DNA of 28,160 bases, from positions 1 through 28,160 of IMG/VR virus record IMGVR_UViG_3300032225_000931. One strand, 5' to 3'. Positions 17,455 to 26,000 of this stretch are shown here, piece after piece (position 1 is the first letter of the stretch; each line of letters begins with the position of its first letter). Position numbers and translations under genes: made by a program. The stretch comes from a virus (lineage: Duplodnaviria > Caudoviricetes). The notes below the pieces were generated by a model. It saw only the letters and a program-made list of their open reading frames with translations, was not told the DNA's origin and did not search any database.

Positions 17455-17777
17455 TAAAGTTATTAGAAGCAGTTAATTTAGCTAAAATAGATGTTTTAAT
17501 CAAAACAACAGCTAAAATTAATAAAGTAGAAGTATATAATCAAGTTAGAGCACTTACTGGTGTTGTGGTAGTTACTGTAGAACAAAGTCAATTCTTAGAT
17601 AGTAAGGCTACAGATAGATTTGAATATTCTTTACTACACATAAAATATTTAGTAGCTAATGACCCTAAAACTAGTATTGATAATATTAAAAAAAACGCAT
17701 TAATAACTACCAGAATACCAGGTTTATTACAATTCATACCAAGATATCAAACAGCTAAAACAATAGGAAAATACTAA
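17451..17777 (+). CDS. Hypothetical protein
   Basis: 108 aa, ATGA overlap with the previous gene, begins MIKLLE. Confidence 0.65.
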   Translation: MIKLLEAVNLAKIDVLIKTTAKINKVEVYNQVRALTGVVVVTVEQSQFLDSKATDRFEYSLLHIKYLVANDPKTSIDNIKKNALITTRIPGLLQFIPRYQTAKTIGKY

Positions 17778-17781
17778 TATA

Positions 17782-18162
17782 ATGATTAAATTAACAGATA
17801 TAGCAGAGGCAATAAAAAAACCAGAAAACATATATGTTCCTGGAAAAGGACCTGGTGAAGAGCCTGTAAGTGATTTTATTAAGAAAGGATTCGAATTAGG
17901 AAAACCTGAAGTAAATCCTGAAACTGGTGCTGTTGCTCATGATGTAAAATATTTACCTGATTTATTAAAAGCATACAGAGAACTTAGATTAGTACGTTTA
18001 AATGAAATTAAGCCTTTTGTAGAATATACTGAAAATGAAGAAATAGCTAAATTATCTGGTGGTATTTATGAAGCATTAAATAGAGTTATGAAGGCTGTAA
18101 ATAAATTAAATACTTTAGTTGAGCGTGAAAAGAAATTAATCGCCTCAAGAAACTATAAATAA
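17782..18162 (+). CDS. Hypothetical protein
   Basis: 126 aa, begins MIKLTDIAE, TAATG overlap with the next gene. Confidence 0.65.
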   Translation: MIKLTDIAEAIKKPENIYVPGKGPGEEPVSDFIKKGFELGKPEVNPETGAVAHDVKYLPDLLKAYRELRLVRLNEIKPFVEYTENEEIAKLSGGIYEALNRVMKAVNKLNTLVEREKKLIASRNYK

Positions 18163-19412
18163 TGAGAGAAAGAAAACCAATACCTAAAAGTATTTTTGAA
18201 AATGACCAAACACTTTTTACTCCCTACCTAACAGGAAGTGGAATGCCTGTTAGTGATTCTGAAATGCAAAAGAATCGTGGTAATGATCTTTCTATGAGGG
18301 GTGATACGGTAAAAGATATTAGTATTGGTTTACAAGATATTGATGAGGCAGTAATGTATTACTTTAATAATGTTATTAAGCCTACAGTAATACAAGACAA
18401 TAATAGAATGGCTGTACGAGTAATATATGGTAATCCTGAACGTTGGAAATCAGTACAACAAGATGGATTCTATAGAGATAGTAATAACCAAATTATAGTA
18501 CCTATAATAATGCTTAAACGCGGTGATATTTCAAAAAACAGAACGGCTGGAAATAAATTAGATGGAAACCGAGTACACAACTACCAAGTTGTAGGCACCA
18601 AGTATAATAAGCGAAACGCTTATGACAGATTTGATATTTTAAATAACAGACAAGCATCCGAACAATACTACGTTACCGCAGTACCTGATTACATAGATAT
18701 TACATATAACTGTGTTATATTTACTAACTATTTAGAACAAAATAATAAAATAGTAGAAGCAATTGAATATGCTTCAGACTCACACTGGGGTAATCCAGAA
18801 CGCTTTAAATTTAAAGCACGTATTGATTCGTTTTCAACTACAACTATTATAGAAAATGGTACGGATAGAGTAGCTAAATCCTCATTTGATATTAAATTAG
18901 GTGGATATATTATACCTGATACTATAAATAAAGATTTAGCAGCAGCACGTAGTAAATTCTATACTAAGGCACAAGTAGTATTTGATATAGAAGTAACAGA
19001 TAATATAAATTCTGCAGTAACAGCTGGATTACCATCAACCTCTAACTCAATGGGATCAGTATCATTTATAGGAAGTGGAGTAAATGTAACTAATATTACA
19101 TATAGTGCAGGTGCATTAACTGATTTGACTTATTTAAATACTAATATACCTAAAAAGGCAGATACTATTAATATCCCTAATCAAGCCTTGTTCACAGGAG
19201 CGTCTGTATTACAACCTAGTAATAATTCGTCTCTTCCTGCAACTACTATCAATAACTTTACATTTTATATAAACGGACAATATATTCCTTCATCTTTTAT
19301 ATCGTTTATAGCTAGCGGAGCAGGAGTATTAGTTCAATTCGATACCTCTTTAGTAGGATATACTTTAGAAGCAGATGATGAAGTAGTAGCAATTGGTAAA
19401 TTTACAGCATAA
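18162..19412 (+). CDS. Tail terminator / sheath stabiliser-like protein (T4 gp15-like) with extra C-terminal domain
   Basis: IGLQDIDEAV, VIYGNPERW, VPDYIDITY, NNKIVEAI motifs; located between neck and fibre genes. Confidence 0.55.
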   Translation: MRERKPIPKSIFENDQTLFTPYLTGSGMPVSDSEMQKNRGNDLSMRGDTVKDISIGLQDIDEAVMYYFNNVIKPTVIQDNNRMAVRVIYGNPERWKSVQQDGFYRDSNNQIIVPIIMLKRGDISKNRTAGNKLDGNRVHNYQVVGTKYNKRNAYDRFDILNNRQASEQYYVTAVPDYIDITYNCVIFTNYLEQNNKIVEAIEYASDSHWGNPERFKFKARIDSFSTTTIIENGTDRVAKSSFDIKLGGYIIPDTINKDLAAARSKFYTKAQVVFDIEVTDNINSAVTAGLPSTSNSMGSVSFIGSGVNVTNITYSAGALTDLTYLNTNIPKKADTINIPNQALFTGASVLQPSNNSSLPATTINNFTFYINGQYIPSSFISFIASGAGVLVQFDTSLVGYTLEADDEVVAIGKFTA

Positions 19413-19747
19413 TGATAAATTTAAATAATAATTATCTTAATATTAATGCATCACTATCTTTTAGTGATTTACTATACATAAACACATCAAAAACTCTACA
19501 AGCAAATATAATAAATATTCCTAATACAGTAATATTTACCAGTGCTTCAATACTTCAACCATCATCTTTACTACCAGCAACCACTATATTAAATTTTCAA
19601 TTTTTTATTAATGGCCAAAGTGTTCCATCGTCTTTAGCTTCATTTAATAGTTATAGTGGTGGAGTATCAGTTACTTTTAATACAGGTTCATTAGGATTTT
19701 CATTAGAAACAGACGACAATATAATAGCAATAGGTAAATTCGCATAA
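19412..19747 (+). CDS. Stand-alone paralogue of the C-terminal domain of the upstream protein
   Basis: Aligns over ~95 aa with 19116-19409 (INIPN, LQPS, LPATTI.NF.F.INGQ..PSS, LE.DD...AIGKF). Confidence 0.7.
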   Translation: MINLNNNYLNINASLSFSDLLYINTSKTLQANIINIPNTVIFTSASILQPSSLLPATTILNFQFFINGQSVPSSLASFNSYSGGVSVTFNTGSLGFSLETDDNIIAIGKFA

Positions 19748-19751
19748 TATA

Positions 19752-19922
19752 ATGGCAAAACTTAAATTAAAACAGGTAAATTCTAATTTAGTATATTCTA
19801 ATGGCGCATTAACTGTGTCCGGTTCATTAACTATTGTTGATAATACTGCTATCCCTGTTAGCGCATCCTTTAATACAAGCGGTTCAATAAATGTTGATAT
19901 AATTGACGGTGGAACTTATTAA
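19752..19922 (+). CDS. Small virion-associated protein (56 aa), absent from the ORF track
   Basis: MAKLKLKQVNSNLVYSNGALTVSGSLTIVDNTAIPVSASFNTSGSINVDIIDGGTY*; fills the gap between neighbours; C-terminal IDGGTY. Confidence 0.75.
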   Translation: MAKLKLKQVNSNLVYSNGALTVSGSLTIVDNTAIPVSASFNTSGSINVDIIDGGTY

Positions 19923-19927
19923 TTAGT

Positions 19928-19935
19928 ATATTTAT
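19928..19935 (+). promoter_or_regulatory. Putative late promoter box ATATTTAT
   Basis: Exact 8-mer 54 nt before ATG 19990. Confidence 0.65.
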
Positions 19936-19989
19936 ACGGGACTTATATAAGTCATCATCCAAGTATATACTTTTAAAGGATCCATAAAT

Positions 19990-22900
19990 ATGGCTGTCAA
20001 TAAAATTGAATTAAAACGTAGTGCCGTTCCGGGTAAAATCCCAACCACATCCTCATTAGATTTAGGCGAATTAGCCTTAAACACCTATGACGGTAGAGCT
20101 TTTTTCAAGCAGTCAGGTTCCATTACAGGTATAGTAGAATTAGCCACAATTAACGGCTCAGGCTCAACAGTAGTAAGTGCATCTTATTCAATTAGCAGTT
20201 CATATGCCGTTTCTGCATCTCGAGCAATATCAGCATCGTATGTTATTAATGCTACAACAGCATCCTATGCTTTATCAGCATCAAATGCAACTACAGCCTC
20301 ATACATTTTAAATGCAATAAGTGCATCTTATGCAAATAGTGCCTCAAATGCAACTACAGCATCATTTGTATTAAATGCTGTAAGTTCATCTTATGCATTA
20401 ACAGCATCATACGCATCAAACGTTCCATTAACTGCATCTTATGCTTTATCTGCTTCACAAGCATTAACAGCATCATATGTAGTAACTGCTCAAACAGCAT
20501 CTTACATATTAAACGCAGTATCTGCTTCATATGCTACTAGTGCTTCTTATGCTCAAACAGCATCTTTTGCAAATAACTTTACTGTAGGTGGTACACTAAC
20601 AGCACAAACGTTAGTAGTACAAACAGTAACTTCAAGTACTGTATACAGCTCAGGTAGCAATATATTTGGTAATTCATTAGCTAACACTCAAGTATTTACA
20701 GGTTCTGTTTTAATGACAGGATCATTAGCAGTAAACGGCTCAAATGTAATTTTAAGTAATCAGACATCTTCAATGTCTGCATCGTATGCTGTAAGTGCTT
20801 CTCAAGCTACATCTGCTTCTCAAGCAGTAACAGCATCATATGTTTTAGCATCTAACGTTGTAGGTTTAAATTTATATCAAATAACTAGCGGTAGTGCAAC
20901 AGCATCTATCAGCCCAGTAGCCGGAGTCGGATTTAAAGTTAACGTTCCAACATCAATATCAGGTACTTTAAATGTATCACAATCTATAAATGCATATAAT
21001 ATTAATGTAGGAAATCCTACATCAAATGCATGGCAATCTAATTTAACTGGTTCTTATTTTAATAACTTTACTACACAAACAGATGTATCTGAAATTTTAA
21101 GATTTATAGCAGGATTATTATCTTCATCAGCGCCTGATGCCTCTCCAAATACAAGAACTTATAGTACTTATACAGCAAACCAACAAAATGCGGGTACAGG
21201 TACCGTAACAGCAGGTAGTGTTCCTCAAAACTCTACTAATACAACTATTACTTATCTTACCTCAAAAGGATTTGCTACTGTTGGTAGTACTATTTTTAGT
21301 GGTATTACTCCAATCTATACTGCTGGAAACTATGGATACAACTATACAAGTGTAGCTGCAGGCTCTACAATAGTATCTTCATCAGTAGATGCTCAGTTGT
21401 TTGGTTTAGGACAATTAAGTAGTGGTAACCCAACCTCATTTAACGTTTCTGGCTCATTTGTATTTAGATTTAAAGATAATAGTACTAAAACAGATACTGC
21501 AACATCAGCTTCAAGTGCTATAATTACTCAAACAGGAGCAGGTACAACAAATGGTGTTAGTTTAGCTAAAATCAATACTTCAAACCCAGCAGTTATTCCT
21601 GCTGCATATCAAGATGGTAAGTATGCTGCTGTATTTACAAATACAATATATAGTGGTAGTGCAGTAGCTGTAAGTCAAAGTGGATATTATCATATATCTG
21701 CTTCAATAGCAATAGCAAGTGGTTCAAGTACTTACACAGCACCAATATCAAGCAATGCTGAAATATTTTGGGCTCCTTTAGCAACAATTTCTACAAATAT
21801 ACCTGTTCAAACACCAACAACAGGTAGTACAACATTAACTGCTATAACAGCAGTATCTCGTTCATTATCTGGTGCTCCATATTTAAGTGGTTCAACATAT
21901 ATTGTATCGAGTTCATTTACAAATTTATTCAATCCATTATATTTTGTTGGAACAATATCTTCATTGTCTACTACTGCAACAGGTATAACTCAAACATCTG
22001 GTGTAACTTCTGTTTTAACAACAGCAGGTTTAGTATCAACAGCAAACGCTGTTTATGATTCTACAGGTGTAACAGTTAGATCTACAGCAACAGTACCATT
22101 TGAAACTGATTTAATTAAATTAAACGGATTATATACCTTTACTACAGCTAATATTACAAATATTACTCAAACTACTCAAACACCAACAACATTGGCTGTA
22201 AGTGTAGCTGGAGTAAATAAAAATGCTGGTACATCTACTTACTCAGTTTCTGGTAACTACCATGCCGCAGGAACATTTGGTCAACCTGTAACAAGTGGTT
22301 CTTTAGCTTACTATACAAGAATACAAGGTACAGATAATGGAACTTATACTATATCATCTGCGGGTAGTTTAATAGCTGACTTTACAGGTGAAAACAATAG
22401 ATTACAAATAACAGATTCATTACTATCAGGATCATATGACAGTGGTAGTAAATTTACAACAGGTTCTTATAGTGTTTATACTTTAGGCTCTACAGATTTA
22501 CAAATTAAACCAGGATTTTTAGTTAAACCTGGAGGAACATATGGATATTGGTTAACTGATCCTAACTCAGCTCAAACATACAAATATGCTGCTTTTGCAT
22601 TTAATAGAAACTTAGCTACAAACCAACCTTCTATAACAATGACTTTAGCAGGTAATACTACATTAGTAGATTGGGCAAACTCATCTACAAATAATAGTGT
22701 AGCTATATTAATTGTTCCTCAATCAGTATTATCTACTACAGGTCAAGCATCAGGTATAGATCCAGTAGCAACATCAACAACATTATTAGCAAATGGAAAT
22801 GCAGCCAATCCGTTTGGTAGAAGTTTAAACGTATTAGCTAATACAAATACTGCTAAAACGAATCCATTTACAATAGACTTTCCAACAACACCTAATGCAT

Positions 22901-22998
22901 TCCCATTAAATACAACTTATAGAAACTTTGTTGTATTGGTAAGATATATAGGCGACCCAACACCATTAACTTCTATAACACTAACAGTAACAGCATAA
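19990..22998 (+). CDS. Tail-fibre / virion surface protein, Ser/Thr-rich
   Basis: N-terminal IELKRSAVPGKIP...LGELALNTYDG (Mtd/hyaluronidase-type fibre anchor), SASYA/TASY repeats, beta-rich C-terminal part. Confidence 0.75.
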   Translation: MAVNKIELKRSAVPGKIPTTSSLDLGELALNTYDGRAFFKQSGSITGIVELATINGSGSTVVSASYSISSSYAVSASRAISASYVINATTASYALSASNATTASYILNAISASYANSASNATTASFVLNAVSSSYALTASYASNVPLTASYALSASQALTASYVVTAQTASYILNAVSASYATSASYAQTASFANNFTVGGTLTAQTLVVQTVTSSTVYSSGSNIFGNSLANTQVFTGSVLMTGSLAVNGSNVILSNQTSSMSASYAVSASQATSASQAVTASYVLASNVVGLNLYQITSGSATASISPVAGVGFKVNVPTSISGTLNVSQSINAYNINVGNPTSNAWQSNLTGSYFNNFTTQTDVSEILRFIAGLLSSSAPDASPNTRTYSTYTANQQNAGTGTVTAGSVPQNSTNTTITYLTSKGFATVGSTIFSGITPIYTAGNYGYNYTSVAAGSTIVSSSVDAQLFGLGQLSSGNPTSFNVSGSFVFRFKDNSTKTDTATSASSAIITQTGAGTTNGVSLAKINTSNPAVIPAAYQDGKYAAVFTNTIYSGSAVAVSQSGYYHISASIAIASGSSTYTAPISSNAEIFWAPLATISTNIPVQTPTTGSTTLTAITAVSRSLSGAPYLSGSTYIVSSSFTNLFNPLYFVGTISSLSTTATGITQTSGVTSVLTTAGLVSTANAVYDSTGVTVRSTATVPFETDLIKLNGLYTFTTANITNITQTTQTPTTLAVSVAGVNKNAGTSTYSVSGNYHAAGTFGQPVTSGSLAYYTRIQGTDNGTYTISSAGSLIADFTGENNRLQITDSLLSGSYDSGSKFTTGSYSVYTLGSTDLQIKPGFLVKPGGTYGYWLTDPNSAQTYKYAAFAFNRNLATNQPSITMTLAGNTTLVDWANSSTNNSVAILIVPQSVLSTTGQASGIDPVATSTTLLANGNAANPFGRSLNVLANTNTAKTNPFTIDFPTTPNAFPLNTTYRNFVVLVRYIGDPTPLTSITLTVTA

Positions 22999-23002
22999 TA
23001 AG

Positions 23003-26000
23003 ATGCCAATAGATAAGTCCACCAAATCCAATAGGCTACTCCAAAGTAGAAGATATACCCAACAACAATTAGGTGATGCGCAAGAGGCATTTACATCCGT
23101 ATTAGATATTAATGCTGGTGAAATATATTCTCAACAAAATCTTATCCCTACTTCTAGTTTACCTTATTCAGGATCATCTCAAAATGGACAATACGTTACA
23201 TCTGGTGGTAGTAATATACTTAAATTTTTCTATAGACAAAGATTAGCACCTTCAGATACTTTAGATACTGGTAGCTACAATACTTGGTTTTTTCTAGATC
23301 CTACTTCATCAGCAGACTATACAAGTGGTGTAAACGCGGGTGTATTAAGTACAAGACAACAAGCTAACTTTATATCACCAAAGTATGCTCCTGCTTTAGG
23401 AGGTAATACTGAAAATAGCCCTGCAGGTTATCAAGTAAAATTAACTGATTCTGTAGGAACTATTATTGACCCTGCTACATATACTTTTGATTATAAAGAT
23501 GGTGTATTACAATTTAATGGTAGCAGTGGATATAGTGTTATTAGTACTGCTCTTTACTTAACAGCATATCAGTATGTGGGTAGAACATTATCATCAAACG
23601 ATACTTTAGGATATACAGGTTCATTTAGTGGATCATTTGCTGGATCAATGTTTGGTACTGCATCTTATGCTTCACAGTCATTAAGTGCATCTTATGCTTT
23701 AACAGCATCATATGCACCAAGCGGATCTTATAGTATAAGTGGATCTTATGCTGTATCGGCTTCATACGCTCTAAATGCTACAACAGCATCATATGCATCA
23801 ACAGCTTTATTAGCTCAACAAGTATCTACTTCCATATCTTCACAAAATCTACAACATAATGTATTATTTGTAGATACATCAGGACCAGGATTTATACAGG
23901 TTGATGGAGGATTAAGATATAATCCAAATTTAGATCTTTTAACTACTACAGCTTCATATGCAACTACAGCATCATATGCTTTATCAGCATCAAACGCAAC
24001 TACAGCATCCTACATTTTAAACGGTGTATCTGCATCATATGCAAATAGCGCTTCAAATGCAACTACAGCATCCTACATTTTAAATGCAATAAGTGCATCG
24101 TATGCAAATAGCGCTTCAAATGCAACTACAGCATCCTACATTTTAAATGCAGTAAGTGCATCGTATGCTAATAGCGCTTCAAATGCTACAACAGCATCCT
24201 ACATTCTAAACGGTGTATCTGCATCGTATGCAAATAGTGCCTCTAATGCAACTACAGCTTCATATGTTTTAAATAGTGTATCTGCATCGTATGCAAATAG
24301 TGCCTCTAATGCTACAACTGCTTCATATATTATTTTAGCACAAACAGCATCCTATGTAGTAACAGCACAAACTGCTAGTTATATTTTACAAGCAGTATCT
24401 GCTTCATATGCTGCAAACGCTACAACAGCATCATATGCTGTAAATGCTACAACAGCATCAAATGCTGTAACAGCATCCTCAGCCGATAACTTTACTGTTA
24501 GAGGGACATTAACTGCTCAAACGATTGTAGCTCAAACAGTAAGTTCAAGTACTGTTTATTCATCAGGTTCAAATAGATTTGGTAATGATATAACTAACAA
24601 CCAAATTTTTACAGGCTCAGTTTTAGTAACTGGCTCAATTACAGTTGCAACACCTGTAGTAAATAATTTAACAGCATCATATGCTATAAGTGCCTCTCAA
24701 GCATTAACAGCATCATATATTCCTGCTTCAGGCGTTGTAGGATTGAATTTATCTCAAATAGCTACAGGTAGCGTTACAGCATCTGTAAGTCTAGATAGTG
24801 GATCATTTGCTGTAACAAGTGGATCATCTACATTGTTGTTTGTAAATAAAAATGGTACAGTAGGCATTAATACTACTGGTTCTGGTACCTATAATTTAGA
24901 TGTAAATGGTACTTCTCGTTTAAATGGTGCTACTACAATCGGAGGAAATATAACATTTACTAATACAAATCCCAAAATAAGTACGAATACTTCTGTAATA
25001 CAATTAGAAGTAAGTAATGGCTTATATATAGGTACTCCAGGAGGTAATACTAGTATAGCTTCATTTACTAATAATCAATTTGGAGTAAATACGAGTATTG
25101 CTTATCCTATTACTTTTGGTGCAGTAAATACTTTAGCAAATACCTCTTCCTTAATTGATATGCAATCAACCACAAGAGGTCTCTTAATTTCTCGTATGAC
25201 CGCTGCTCAAAGAACAGCAATATCTACCCCAGCACAAGGTTTAATGGTCTACGATACAGGCGCTACTACAGAAGGTTTATACTACTACAACAGTGGATCA
25301 AATATAGGATGGCAACAAGTACTATCTAACAGCGGATCTCAATCAATATCTGGTTCTCTAACACTAACTGGTACATTAACTGCTCAAACACTTGTAGTAC
25401 AAACAGTATCTTCATCTGTAATATACAGTAGCGGTTCAAACAGATTTGGTAATGATTTAGCTAACACTCAAGTATTTACTGGATCTGTATTAATGACGGG
25501 TAGTTTAGCAGTAAATGGTTCAAATGTAATTTTAAGCAATCAGACATCTTCAATGTCTGTAGCTACAGCATCATATGCTACTACAGCATCTTACGTAGCA
25601 AATGCCTCTTCATTCCCTTATACAGGTTCAGCTATAATAACTGGTAGCTTACAAGTAATAGGTAATATAAGTCAATACAATAGCTCAAGCTATATAGGCA
25701 ATTTAGCAGGTGCTGGAGCAAATGCCTCTACTTACTCAGTTTATTTAGGTGAACAAGCCGGCTTTAACGCCGCTAGTTCATCAAATGCTACCTTTATAGG
25801 TTCATTTGCGGGAATGGCTGCTACTAGTTCATTATACCTAACAGCAATAGGATATCAAGCCGGTATCTCAATGTCTAATGCTGGTAATTCAACAGCAATT
25901 GGACCATTTGCTGGATATGCAGCATACAATGCTATTGGAAGTGCATTTCTAGGCATATATGCAGGCGCAGGTGCTGTTAGTTCATCTTACTCTACATTCT

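Noticed and set aside
23996-24310. CRISPR array
   Set aside because: Contiguous in-frame coding repeats with synonymous variation and no unique spacers.
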